64,000 bases of DNA from Flavobacterium sp. (GTDB lineage Bacteria > Bacteroidota > Bacteroidia > Flavobacteriales > Flavobacteriaceae). A program made the translations under genes and the position numbers. How positions within the stretch are numbered: the stretch's first letter is position 1; each line of letters starts with the position of its first letter. Below the pieces are notes generated by a model, which saw only the letters and a list, made by a program, of their open reading frames with translations, ran no database searches and was not told the DNA's origin. Of the stretch, positions 45,804 to 56,100 are shown in pieces. Location: contig NZ_JAQVCH010000014.1 of NCBI RefSeq assembly GCF_028689845.1, positions 1,307-65,306 on the forward strand, in the 5' to 3' direction.

Positions 45804-47601
45804 ATTTCTTCTTTTCTTCCTTCCGTTCTAGCTCAGCCTGAAATTCTTCCATAACGGGTTTTACGGTGCTTTCAGGTAAATCAGCAATTTTGATATACAT
45901 TAAACCATCAATCGCATTATTGAATAAGGGGTCAACATTAAAGGCGACTACTTTTGCATTTTGTTTGATGTATTTTTTGATTAATACTGGTAAGCGTAAA
46001 TTACCAGGCTCCACTTCATCAATAATTTTATCAAATTTATTCAAATCGGCTTCTGTTTCATTGAATACAAAATCTTTATCGGCATCTTTTAATTTGACTT
46101 TATATTCTTTTTTCGGATGAATATACTGAGCGATATAAGGGTCATAATAATGTGATTTCATGAACTCAATCATCAACGATTTTGAGAAATCAGAAAATTG
46201 ATTACTAATACTCACTCCGCCAATTAAAAATTTATGTTCAGGAAAACGAAGCGTCGTGTGTACAATTCCTTTCCAAAGTAAAAATAAAGGCATCGGTTTT
46301 TGTTGATATGCTTCAATGATAAAAGCTCTTCCCATTTCGATAGACTTACTCATCATATCATACAACTCGGGTTCAAAACGAAAAAGTTCATGGAGATAAA
46401 ACCCTTCAATTCCGTATTTTGCATAAATTTTTGAACCTAATCCCATTCGATAAGCCCCAGCAATCATTTGAGCATCATCATCCCATAAAAACATGTGATG
46501 ATAATATTTGTCATATTGATCTAAATCCAACGATTCATTTGTGCCTTCTCCAATCGCTCGAAAAGTAATTTCTCGCAAGCGACCAATTTCATGCAGAATA
46601 TTTGGAATTTTATCTGCGGTTATCATATAAACTTGATAATTCTTACTTTGCAATAAACGACAATCGCTTTCTTTAAGCATCGCCATTTCCTCCAAAATCT
46701 TGTCGTGGTTGGCAGGTTTTGCAATTTCTTTCGGGCTTTTAGGTATTTTTAAACTAGGAGCAGATAACAACCTATTTCCTTTTTCAAACGCATTGGCCAA
46801 CATATAGGTTTTTCTTCGCAAAAAATCAGCATAGGTTTGAATCGTGGTATATTCTTTTTGTTCTGCGACAGAAATAGGCTTTCCAATCCGAACTTTAATA
46901 ACCCGTTTTTTTTGTGTTAATAATTCTGAAGGCAATTTTGCGGTGCGAAACGTATCACTAATACTGGATAAAAAATAAAAAAGCCGACTATTTTTGGCGT
47001 GAAAATAAATTGGTACTACCGGAACTTGAGCTTTTTTAATGACCTTTATTGCTCCTTCTTCCCAAGGTCGGTCTACCACTAAAACGCCATCTTTATAAGT
47101 AGAAACTTCTCCTGCTGGAAACATTCCTAATGGTTTTCCATCACTCAAATGACGCAGCGTTTCTTTAATTCCAATCACACTCGATTTTGCATCTTTATGA
47201 TTTTCAAATGGATTAACCGGCATGATATAGGGTTTCATGGGTTCAATCCGATGCAAGAGAAAATTAGCAATTATTTTAAAATTTGGTTCACGTTCTAACA
47301 TTAGCTTTAACAACAAGATGCCATCAATGCCGCCCAACGGATGGTTAGAAATAGTGATGTATGCTCCTTCTTTTGGCAATCGTTTTAAATCTTCTTCAGG
47401 AATATCAAACTTAATTTCGAATTCATCTAAAATAGCATTTAAAAAAGTGACATCAGATAAATGCTTGTTGCGATCATAAATGGAATTAAGGGTAGATATT
47501 TTAAGTGCTTTCATCAAAACCCATCCGATGAATGTTCCTGCGAAACCGTATTTATCGACATTGATTGCTTTGGCAACTTCTTTTGCGGTTACTAAACCCA
47601 T
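45802..47601 (-). CDS. Bifunctional acyltransferase (PlsC-like O-acyltransferase plus GNAT-like N-acyltransferase), OlsF-like aminolipid synthase candidate
   Basis: N-terminal acyltransferase motif SNHPLGGIDG followed by a C-terminal ~300-aa domain. 599 aa, matching the bifunctional architecture described for Flavobacterium OlsF. Confidence 0.55.
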   Translation of the reverse strand: MGLVTAKEVAKAINVDKYGFAGTFIGWVLMKALKISTLNSIYDRNKHLSDVTFLNAILDEFEIKFDIPEEDLKRLPKEGAYITISNHPLGGIDGILLLKLMLEREPNFKIIANFLLHRIEPMKPYIMPVNPFENHKDAKSSVIGIKETLRHLSDGKPLGMFPAGEVSTYKDGVLVVDRPWEEGAIKVIKKAQVPVVPIYFHAKNSRLFYFLSSISDTFRTAKLPSELLTQKKRVIKVRIGKPISVAEQKEYTTIQTYADFLRRKTYMLANAFEKGNRLLSAPSLKIPKSPKEIAKPANHDKILEEMAMLKESDCRLLQSKNYQVYMITADKIPNILHEIGRLREITFRAIGEGTNESLDLDQYDKYYHHMFLWDDDAQMIAGAYRMGLGSKIYAKYGIEGFYLHELFRFEPELYDMMSKSIEMGRAFIIEAYQQKPMPLFLLWKGIVHTTLRFPEHKFLIGGVSISNQFSDFSKSLMIEFMKSHYYDPYIAQYIHPKKEYKVKLKDADKDFVFNETEADLNKFDKIIDEVEPGNLRLPVLIKKYIKQNAKVVAFNVDPLFNNAIDGLMYIKIADLPESTVKPVMEEFQAELERKEEKKK

Positions 47602-47778
47602 TCTTCTACTTGTTTTTTATTATAGGAACAAGAAACAAATATAGTAATAAATAGAGAAAGTAAATTCTAAATTAAAACTTAAAACAGTGAACTTGTTAAA
47701 CATTTATTATAATTCTATTACACCGTTTTGTTAGTCCGTGTTTTTGTCTATTTTTGAGAAACTTTATAAAAACGTTAC

Positions 47779-48540
47779 ATGCGAATTATTTCTTATAATG
47801 TGAATGGCATTCGGGCAGCCATAACGAAAGGTTTTTTGGAATGGTTAACCCAAGCAAATCCAGATGTGATTTGTTTACAAGAAATTAAAGCCACGGTAGA
47901 TCAGATAGATACAGAAGCAATTACTAAAGCGGGTTATCCTTTTCAGTATTATTTTTCTGCTCAAAAAAAAGGATATAGTGGTGTGGCCATTTTAAGCAAG
48001 ACAGAACCCAAAAACGTAGTTTACGGAACCGGAATTACTTCGATGGATTTGGAAGGCAGAAACATCAGAGCCGATTTTGAAGATTTTTCGATAATGAGTT
48101 TGTATTTACCTTCGGGAACAAATTTTGATAGATTGGAACATAAGTTCAATTATATGGATGAATTTCAATCCTATATCAATACGCTAAAACTAGAAATTCC
48201 CAATTTAATTATTGGTGGCGATTATAATATTTGTCATGAAGCCATTGATATTCATGATCCTATTCGGAATGCTAAAGTTTCTGGATTTTTACCCGAAGAA
48301 CGCCGCTGGCTAGACGGATTTATGAAAAGCGGATTTATCGATAGTTTTCGCCATTTTAATAAAGAACCGCATCAGTATTCGTGGTGGAGTTATCGTGCAA
48401 ATGCTCGCAATAACAATAAAGGATGGCGAATTGATTACCATTTGGTAAGCGAACCGATGCGTAGTAGGTTAAAACGAGCGGTTATTTTATCAGAAGCTAA
48501 ACATTCCGATCATTGTCCAATCGTAGTAGAAATTGATTAA
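47779..48540 (+). CDS. xth: Exodeoxyribonuclease III
   Basis: MRIISYNVNGIR, LQEIK, and a C-terminal SDHCP. Confidence 0.9.
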   Translation: MRIISYNVNGIRAAITKGFLEWLTQANPDVICLQEIKATVDQIDTEAITKAGYPFQYYFSAQKKGYSGVAILSKTEPKNVVYGTGITSMDLEGRNIRADFEDFSIMSLYLPSGTNFDRLEHKFNYMDEFQSYINTLKLEIPNLIIGGDYNICHEAIDIHDPIRNAKVSGFLPEERRWLDGFMKSGFIDSFRHFNKEPHQYSWWSYRANARNNNKGWRIDYHLVSEPMRSRLKRAVILSEAKHSDHCPIVVEID

Positions 48541-48566
48541 CAAAAAACCTCAAATAATTAAGCCTT

Positions 48567-49532
48567 ATGTTCAAAAAAGTTTCCCTCGTGTTATTAGTAG
48601 TCATTTTGTCTACTTCTTGTGTTTCTAAAAAAGTGTACAACGATTTAGAAGGCAAATATGCCAATCTTAAAAAAGAGCAGCGGCAATTAAATGATGAAAA
48701 TCATGGTTTAGAAAAAACAAAAAACAAATTAGAAGTCGATTTAAAAGCCAATCAAGAGGAGTTAGCTAAAATTAAAGCGGAACGTGATAAATTGCAAAAT
48801 GATTTAGCAACTGCGACTAATAATATGAAAACCTTAACGGATTCTTATTCTGCTTTAGAGAAAAATTCAGATGAAGCTTTAAAAGCAAACATGCAGAAAA
48901 ACAGAGAACTATTGGCTCAATTAGATGCAAAAGAAAAAGCTTTGGCTGCTGAACAAGACCGTTTAAATAAATTACAATCCGATTTAAAAGAACGCTCACA
49001 ACGTGTAACCGATTTAGAAAACATGATTTCTGCAAAAGAAGAAAGCATGCGAAAACTGAAAGAAACCTTATCAAAAGCCTTAAATAGTTTTGAAGGAAAA
49101 GGCTTAACAGTGGAACAAAAAAACGGAAAAGTATATGTTTCTATGGAAAACAAATTACTATTTCAAACCGGAAGTTGGGCCGTTGGAACGGAAGGAAAAA
49201 GAGCCGTGGTGGAAGTTGGAAAAGTCTTGGCTCAAAACCCAGATATTACCGTTTTAATTGAAGGACATACAGATAATGATAAAATTCTAGGTTCGATTGG
49301 TGGCGGAATTGAAAATAACTGGGATTTATCGACTAAAAGAGCCACAGCGATTGTCAATATTTTAGCAGATAACAAAGGAATTGATAAAAAGAATTTAACT
49401 GCCGCAGGTCGTGGTGAGTTTGCCCCATTGATGCCTAATGAAACTGCAGAAGGGAAAGCCAAAAATCGAAGAATTGAAATTATCTTAACGCCAAAATTAG
49501 ATGAAATTTCTAAAATGTTGAATGATTTGTAG
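48567..49532 (+). CDS. OmpA/MotB-domain lipoprotein with a long coiled coil
   Basis: Lipobox LSTSC. The C-terminal OmpA-like peptidoglycan-binding motifs are GHTDN, NWDLSTKRA and NRRIEI. Confidence 0.8.
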   Translation: MFKKVSLVLLVVILSTSCVSKKVYNDLEGKYANLKKEQRQLNDENHGLEKTKNKLEVDLKANQEELAKIKAERDKLQNDLATATNNMKTLTDSYSALEKNSDEALKANMQKNRELLAQLDAKEKALAAEQDRLNKLQSDLKERSQRVTDLENMISAKEESMRKLKETLSKALNSFEGKGLTVEQKNGKVYVSMENKLLFQTGSWAVGTEGKRAVVEVGKVLAQNPDITVLIEGHTDNDKILGSIGGGIENNWDLSTKRATAIVNILADNKGIDKKNLTAAGRGEFAPLMPNETAEGKAKNRRIEIILTPKLDEISKMLNDL

Positions 49533-49563
49533 AAAGTTACTAAGATACTCAGCAACTTAGAAA

Positions 49564-50598
49564 ATGAACTACACCACCCTTCCAAACACCACCCTAAAAA
49601 TCAGTAAAATCTGTTTGGGAACAATGACTTTTGGTAATCAAAATACCGAAGCAGAAGCTCATTCACAGCTGGATTATGCTTTAGAAAAAGGGATAAACTT
49701 TATTGATACTGCCGAAATGTATCCGATTGGCGGAAATGCTCAAATTTTTGGAAGTACAGAAAGATATATTGGCTCTTGGATAAAAAAATCAGGTAAAAGA
49801 GAAGAAGTGGTTTTGGCGACTAAAATCGCTGGGCCAAACAGAGGAATGGAATACATCCGAAAACCATTAGATTTTTCAAAGAAAAATATTACGGATGCCA
49901 TTGAACTTAGTTTAAAAAATCTACAAACGGATTATATCGATTTATATCAAATGCATTGGCCAGAGCGAATCATGAATATGTTTGGCAAAAGAGGCCTTCA
50001 GCAGCTTGATGAACAATGGAGCGATTCTGTTTTGGATGTGCTTACTACGTATGATGGTTTAATCAAACAAGGAAAAATCAAGCACATTGGTCTTTCAAAC
50101 GAAAATCCGTATGGGGTGATGCGTTTTTTACAAGAAAGTGAACGCCATAATTTACCAAGAATCGTAACAATTCAAAACCCCTATTCCTTATTAAACCGTC
50201 TGTATGAAGTAGGTTTGTCTGAAATGTGTTTGCGAGAAAATGTTGGTTTAATGGCCTATTCTCCGCTAGGTTTTGGTTTTTTAACCGGAAAATATTTAAC
50301 TGGTTTTCCTGAAAAATCCCGCATGAAAACCTTCCCGAACTTTGTAAGGTATACCAATGAAAACTGCTTTAAAGCAACTCAATTATACAAAAATTTAGCA
50401 GAAGCAAATGGCATGACTTCAACACAAATGGCTTTGGCTTTTGTGAACCAACAATCTTTAGTAATGTCAACCATTATTGGAGCAACAAGCTTAGCACAAC
50501 TGGAAGAGAATATTCATGCGTTTGATACGGTATTATCTCCAGAAGTTTTATTGGAAATTGAAAAAATTCATGAATTAATTCCTAATCCTGCACCTTAA
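49564..50598 (+). CDS. Aldo/keto reductase (Tas-like)
   Basis: 344 aa with LGTMTFG, FIDTAEMY and IGLSNE motifs. Confidence 0.85.
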   Translation: MNYTTLPNTTLKISKICLGTMTFGNQNTEAEAHSQLDYALEKGINFIDTAEMYPIGGNAQIFGSTERYIGSWIKKSGKREEVVLATKIAGPNRGMEYIRKPLDFSKKNITDAIELSLKNLQTDYIDLYQMHWPERIMNMFGKRGLQQLDEQWSDSVLDVLTTYDGLIKQGKIKHIGLSNENPYGVMRFLQESERHNLPRIVTIQNPYSLLNRLYEVGLSEMCLRENVGLMAYSPLGFGFLTGKYLTGFPEKSRMKTFPNFVRYTNENCFKATQLYKNLAEANGMTSTQMALAFVNQQSLVMSTIIGATSLAQLEENIHAFDTVLSPEVLLEIEKIHELIPNPAP

Positions 50599-50662
50599 TT
50601 AAGTCAGTGATTTACAGTCGCAGTTTACAGTGTTTCTGAAAACTGCGACCGTAAACTGCTAA

Positions 50663-52039
50663 CTAATTTACTGCTAGTTTTGTCTGAAAGCGTTTTCCAT
50701 TTTCATCTTCAACCGATACGAAATATAATCCAGTAGTTAGATTTTCTGTAGAAATAGTTGTTTGTTCGGCGTTGTTAAGGCTTTGCTTTTTAACCATTTT
50801 TCCTGTCAAATCATAAATCGCTAATTGACTTAGAGCCAATCCGTTTACGTTTTTAATCGTAAAAAAAGTAGAGGCAGGATTAGGTGATAACAATAATCCG
50901 CTTTTTTCGAAATCAGAAATATTTAAAGCGGAATCAATTAGTTTTGAAATAGTTCCGTTTGAAAGACCCACAACATATAATTCGCCGTTAATGTCTTCGC
51001 CAAAACTAACAATACTGCCGCCAAAACTTGAGGTCCAAGTAATTGCTCCGCTGTTATTGCTAACCCATCCGATTTTACTCGCACAATAATCAGATAAAAA
51101 ATATTTTCCTTGCATCGTTGCGTAAGTGCTGCCACGGTATACATATCCCCCGGTAATAGAACAAAACCCATTGCCTAAATTATAAGTAGAAATAGGCATT
51201 GTGTAGTTGGAAGCAGGCAAACAACCCGTAGTATTATAAGTAAGATTTGCTTCATAACATCTCCAGCCAAAATTAAGTCCTGGCGTTAATGGGCTCGCAA
51301 TTTTATTGATTTCTTCTCGTGTGTTTTGACCTACATCGGCAATCCATAAATCGCCCGTTTGTTTGTCAAATGAAAATTTCCATGGATTTCGCATGCCAAT
51401 CGCCCAAATTTCATCCTCTCCTGCTATTCCAACAAAAGGGTTATCAGAAGGAATTCCATATCCAGTGGCTACATCAACGTCAATTCGTAACATTTTTCCT
51501 AATAACGAATTAATGTTTTGAGCATTGTTTTGAGGGTCGCCACCACTGCCGCCATCGCCCATTCCGATATATAAATAACCATCTGGCCCAAAAACTAAAG
51601 AACCGCCATTGTGATTTCCATAAGGTTGTGGAATGGTTAGTAATACCAATGCACTATTAGGATTCGCACTATTTGGGTCTGAATCACTCACAGTATATTG
51701 TGCAATCACGGTTGCCCCATCTCCAGCTCTAGTATAATTCACATAAAAACTTCCATTCGTGGCATAATCAGGATGAAAAGCGAGTCCTAATAACCCTTGT
51801 TCTCCTCCTGATAATATTGTACTAGAAGTTAACGTTAAAAATGGAGTAGCATTAATTGAACCATCTGTATTTACAATTCGGATGGCTCCACTTCGTTGAA
51901 CGACAAACAACCTCGAATCGCCAGCATGAGTAACCGCAACAGGATTGGATAAGCCAGTGGCAAAGGTCTGAAGCCCGATGGTTTGCGACCAAATCGGAAA
52001 TGAAATAAGGCATAAAATTAAAAGCAGTGTTTTTTTCAT
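50663..52039 (-). CDS. PQQ-dependent sugar (glucose/sorbosone) dehydrogenase-like beta-propeller with a T9SS C-terminal domain
   Basis: Signal peptide, the motifs GLLGLAFHPDY and HNGG, and a C-terminal sorting domain (GLYFVSVEDENGKRFQTKLAVN). Confidence 0.7.
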   Translation of the reverse strand: MKKTLLLILCLISFPIWSQTIGLQTFATGLSNPVAVTHAGDSRLFVVQRSGAIRIVNTDGSINATPFLTLTSSTILSGGEQGLLGLAFHPDYATNGSFYVNYTRAGDGATVIAQYTVSDSDPNSANPNSALVLLTIPQPYGNHNGGSLVFGPDGYLYIGMGDGGSGGDPQNNAQNINSLLGKMLRIDVDVATGYGIPSDNPFVGIAGEDEIWAIGMRNPWKFSFDKQTGDLWIADVGQNTREEINKIASPLTPGLNFGWRCYEANLTYNTTGCLPASNYTMPISTYNLGNGFCSITGGYVYRGSTYATMQGKYFLSDYCASKIGWVSNNSGAITWTSSFGGSIVSFGEDINGELYVVGLSNGTISKLIDSALNISDFEKSGLLLSPNPASTFFTIKNVNGLALSQLAIYDLTGKMVKKQSLNNAEQTTISTENLTTGLYFVSVEDENGKRFQTKLAVN

Positions 52040-52151
52040 CGTATTAAATTGTTTTTTATTAGGGTAAATTTAATTAAAAATAATTTAAAACGGTGCTAAC
52101 TTATAGATTTTCAATTGTTTTGTTTTTAGAATTCTGTGAATTATAATCAGT

Positions 52152-52189
52152 AAAAAATGAGAGCCTGCTAAATTTGTGTTTAACAGGCT
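52152..52189 (-). terminator. Terminator of the vWA gene
   Basis: agcctg...caggct hairpin, followed by a T-run on the minus strand. Confidence 0.5.
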
Positions 52190-52215
52190 TACATTTTTAG
52201 ACTATTCAAATAAAA

Positions 52216-53391
52216 TTATTTCTCCACAATATAACCTTTTGTTTTCGCTAAAGAAACAATAGAACCGGCCATTGCATCGCCTAAATCGTCTTGCGATTTG
52301 GTTTTTTTTGTTTCAGTATCAATAAATTCTTGTCGTTTTTTGGCCAATGTTGCAATTTCTTTTTGAACTGTCTCTCGTTCTTTTGTTTTTTCGGCAATAA
52401 TGACTTTAATTTCTTCTTTAGTTTTCGACTGAAGGGCTACTGGTAAATCTTCTTTTTTTAAGGCTTCAAGCGCTTTTGTATCTTTTTTGTTCATATCAAC
52501 CAAGTCCCAACTTTCATTTTTATAAACAGTTTTTGATTTACTTACCGCTCGTTCCGCATAATTGGCTCCTGAGATGGATTGAGCATTAGAATCTTCAACT
52601 TCTTGACTCATTTTTTTAGAAACACCTTTCGAGCCATAGCCAATATAGGTCGCGTTTAATCGTGTATTACATTTTGTAATTTGGTCATCATAAGGCGTTG
52701 CAATATAAATTACTTTGGCATTGGAATCGATGTTGAAATATTTTCCCTGACCTACATCGGCTCCGTCTTTCCAAAATGTTTGAATGCCTTCTTGGTAATT
52801 GCCACAAAAAATCGTGTTGATGTAAATTCCTTTTTTAGCGGCATCGGCAATCGCTTCTTTATAGGAAATACTTCCTTGATTAAAAGGTTCATTGCCCGAA
52901 ATATAAATCAATTTCATGTTTTGGCTGCCCTCTTTCCAAGCTAATTTGCTGCTTGCCTCTTTAATAACTGCACCGCAAAATTCGCTGCCGCCATTAGTGC
53001 GTAGAGAAAATAAATGTTCCGAAATTAAATCTAAATCGGTTGTTAAAGGAACAATTTGTCGGATATAATCGCTTGACGGACTAAGACCACTGTTTCCATA
53101 TTCGTAAAGTGAAATTTCAATGGAAGGCGTTTTTCCTTCATACTTTAAAGTCGTTAAGGTGTTGACAATATTCCATAAACGCGATTTGGCTTGGTCAATT
53201 AAACCATCCATGCTACTTGAGGTGTCTAACAGTAAGGCAACTTGAATGTTCCCTTTGGTTTCATCCGGCTTGTTTTCGTGGATTACAATCGGCTCTGGTC
53301 TGTTGATAGAAAGTAGAGCGGGATTTTTGTTTTCACAACTCATCATAAGGGTTGAGGTGAAAAGAGCGAAAGTGAGCAGTACATTTTTCAT
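52216..53391 (-). CDS. von Willebrand factor A domain lipoprotein
   Basis: Lipobox LMMSC, the MIDAS motif LLDTSSSM, and a C-terminal coiled coil. Confidence 0.7.
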   Translation of the reverse strand: MKNVLLTFALFTSTLMMSCENKNPALLSINRPEPIVIHENKPDETKGNIQVALLLDTSSSMDGLIDQAKSRLWNIVNTLTTLKYEGKTPSIEISLYEYGNSGLSPSSDYIRQIVPLTTDLDLISEHLFSLRTNGGSEFCGAVIKEASSKLAWKEGSQNMKLIYISGNEPFNQGSISYKEAIADAAKKGIYINTIFCGNYQEGIQTFWKDGADVGQGKYFNIDSNAKVIYIATPYDDQITKCNTRLNATYIGYGSKGVSKKMSQEVEDSNAQSISGANYAERAVSKSKTVYKNESWDLVDMNKKDTKALEALKKEDLPVALQSKTKEEIKVIIAEKTKERETVQKEIATLAKKRQEFIDTETKKTKSQDDLGDAMAGSIVSLAKTKGYIVEK

Positions 53392-53547
53392 ATGGATTTA
53401 TTTTTGTGGTTAAACGATTAATTTCAGTAAAAGTAAAAACTACCAATAAGGGAAATGGAGCAACTTGGTGAAACCCTTTTTTGACTTGGTGAAAGGTGTT
53501 TTTTTACCCAATTTTATTTTCTTACTTTACACTATAATAAAAATGAT

Positions 53548-55347
53548 ATGCCTAATCGTCTGAAAATTGTTATTCTTTTTTTGCTTTTCCCTTTGTTAAT
53601 GGTTGCTCAAGATAGCATCAAAACAAAAGTGAGTGAATCTTCGGTGAGCAAAAAAGCAAAAGAAGTTGAGGAAACGCTAGCTAAAAGCAATCCAGAAGCG
53701 ACCGCTGATAAGTATGTAGAGTTAGCTAAGGAATTGGAAAAAAAAGAGGCTTACGCGAAAGCGGAGGATTATTTAAAAAGAGCATTGCCAATTTATCAAA
53801 AGCAAAAGAACAAAGAAAAAATTGCCAGCACAACCCGTTTCATTGCTCAAATTCAAGAGAAACAAAAAAAGTATAAGGAAGCTATTTCTAATTACCAGTC
53901 GGCTAGTGAAGAAACGATAGATGCGGGCTATTCTAGGGTAAACTCGAATGATGCAAGCCGTTTGCAAAATTCAAACCCAAGTGTTCAATCGGAATATTTA
54001 GAATCCAATGTTAAAATTTTAGAAAAAGAAGGGAATTTAGAAGCTGCGGCAGAAGTCTATAAACAGAAAGCGGTAGTCGATTTAAAATCGGAAAATAAAA
54101 GTAGGGCGATTGAAAATTATGAAAAAGCCATCGCCGTTTCTAAAGATAAACCAGAAGAAATTTTAAAATTAAAAAGTGAAATTTCTAAAGTTTATGCTTC
54201 TGATAATGAAGTAGAAAAGGCCATCGAGATTACTAAAAACACCATCTCAGATGCAGAAAAATTGGGAAGTATTGCTCAACAAATCGAACAACAGCAAACG
54301 TTGGCAAGTTTATATTTTCAAAATAAAAACGATGACAAAGGCGTTTTAGTGTTAGAAGAAACCTATCGCTTAGCGTTAAAAAACGGACGAACATTTGATG
54401 CCAAGAAAGCGATGTTGGCTCTTTCAGATTATTATAGAAAACGAGGGAATGAAACCAAAGCGATTGAATTATACGACCAATTTTTAAATGATTTTGACCG
54501 AATGGTGCTAGCGGATAGTTCGTTGGTAGATGCTAAAATATTTCAAGTTACCGAAGAAAAAATTAAGCAATTAGAAAAGGAAAGAGCTTTAAAAGACGAA
54601 TTAATTACCAAGAAAAATAAATTCAATTATGTCTTGATTGGTTCCGTGATTTTAATGTTGATTTTATTGGGATTGATCGCCAAAGCTTTGTTTTCCATCA
54701 AAACCAAAAACAAAAAAATTGCGTTACAATCGCTTCGGCGAGAAATGAATCCGCATTTTATTTTTAATAGTTTAAACAGCGTCAACCAATTTATTGCTCA
54801 AAATAAAGAATTGGAAGCCAATAAATACTTGACTTCCTATTCTAATTTGATGCGAAACATGATGGAATCCTCCAACAAAGATTTTATTACCTTGACGAAT
54901 GAAGTGGAACAAATAAAAAAATATTTGGCTTTAGAACATTTGCGTTTTCAAGACAAATTTAATTACGAGATTACGATAGACGATAAAACAGAAACGGATA
55001 GTATTTTAGTTCCGAATATGTTGATTCAACCGCATTTAGAAAATGCTATTTGGCATGGATTACGGTACCGAGAAACCATCGGAAATTTAAAAGTGACTTT
55101 TGTGGAAGAAAATAATTTTATAAAAGTTTCGATTGTAGATGACGGTATTGGCTTTGAAAAAAGTAAAGAGTTGAAAACAGAAAATCAAAAAGTGCACGAA
55201 TCTAGAGGGTTGAACAATGTGCAAGAACGCATTAGTTTGTTGAACGATTTGTATCATCAGCAAATTTCCTATACAATTTCGAACGGAACCGATGGGGTTG
55301 GAACCTTGGTTAACCTTTATTTTTTAAAAACCACTAAAATAATATGA
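53548..55347 (+). CDS. Sensor histidine kinase (LytS/YehU type) with an N-terminal TPR-like region
   Basis: One TM segment followed by NPHFIFNSLN (His_kinase) and an HATPase region (ENAIWHG...DDGIGF). Confidence 0.8.
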   Translation: MPNRLKIVILFLLFPLLMVAQDSIKTKVSESSVSKKAKEVEETLAKSNPEATADKYVELAKELEKKEAYAKAEDYLKRALPIYQKQKNKEKIASTTRFIAQIQEKQKKYKEAISNYQSASEETIDAGYSRVNSNDASRLQNSNPSVQSEYLESNVKILEKEGNLEAAAEVYKQKAVVDLKSENKSRAIENYEKAIAVSKDKPEEILKLKSEISKVYASDNEVEKAIEITKNTISDAEKLGSIAQQIEQQQTLASLYFQNKNDDKGVLVLEETYRLALKNGRTFDAKKAMLALSDYYRKRGNETKAIELYDQFLNDFDRMVLADSSLVDAKIFQVTEEKIKQLEKERALKDELITKKNKFNYVLIGSVILMLILLGLIAKALFSIKTKNKKIALQSLRREMNPHFIFNSLNSVNQFIAQNKELEANKYLTSYSNLMRNMMESSNKDFITLTNEVEQIKKYLALEHLRFQDKFNYEITIDDKTETDSILVPNMLIQPHLENAIWHGLRYRETIGNLKVTFVEENNFIKVSIVDDGIGFEKSKELKTENQKVHESRGLNNVQERISLLNDLYHQQISYTISNGTDGVGTLVNLYFLKTTKII

Positions 55348-56099
55348 ATGATTTTAAGAAAATAAAAAGTGTTATTGTTGAGGATGAATCGGCAGCTCGC
55401 GAAGCTTTAAAAAATTATTTAACAAAATATTGTCCGCAAATTGAGATTGTTGGCGAAGCTCATCATGCTAAAGAAGCAATTCCGTTGTTGCAGGAGTTGC
55501 AACCACAATTGGTTTTTTTAGATGTAGAAATGCCATTCGGAAATGCCTTTGATGTATTAGAAGGGTGTAAAAATTTAACTTTTGAAACCATTTTTGTCAC
55601 TGCTTTTTCAGAATATTCGCTACGAGCCTTGAACCAAAGTGCGGCCTATTATTTGTTGAAACCGTTAAGCATTGAAGAATTGATTTTGGCCGTCAATAAA
55701 GTGCAACAACAACTGTTAAAATACGAAGTGTTCAATAGAAATGAAATTATTGTTCAAAATTTTCGCGAATCCAAAATCGAAAAGCAACAAGTTATTTTGC
55801 CCACTTTAGAAGGTTTTGAAGTCGTAAAAATGGACGAAATCGTTCGCCTGCGAGGCAACGGTAATTTCACCGACATCTATTTAAAAGATGGAAGCAAAAA
55901 AATGGTTTGTCGGTTTTTGAAACATTTTGAAGAAATGTTGTCTTTGCCTTTCATGCGTGTGCACAAATCGCACATCATCAATTTAAATTATGTAAAATCC
56001 TATCACAAATCGTTGGGTGGTTATGTGATGCTTTTTGATGAAACTGAAATTGAGATTTCAGTGAATTATAAAGAAGTTTTCTTGAAAGTTTTTAAATGA
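55344..56099 (+). CDS. LytTR-family response regulator
   Basis: ATGA overlap with the kinase gene. Receiver domain (VFLDVEMP) and LytTR domain (FMRVHKSHIIN). Confidence 0.85.
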   Translation: MNDFKKIKSVIVEDESAAREALKNYLTKYCPQIEIVGEAHHAKEAIPLLQELQPQLVFLDVEMPFGNAFDVLEGCKNLTFETIFVTAFSEYSLRALNQSAAYYLLKPLSIEELILAVNKVQQQLLKYEVFNRNEIIVQNFRESKIEKQQVILPTLEGFEVVKMDEIVRLRGNGNFTDIYLKDGSKKMVCRFLKHFEEMLSLPFMRVHKSHIINLNYVKSYHKSLGGYVMLFDETEIEISVNYKEVFLKVFK

Positions 56100-56100
56100 T

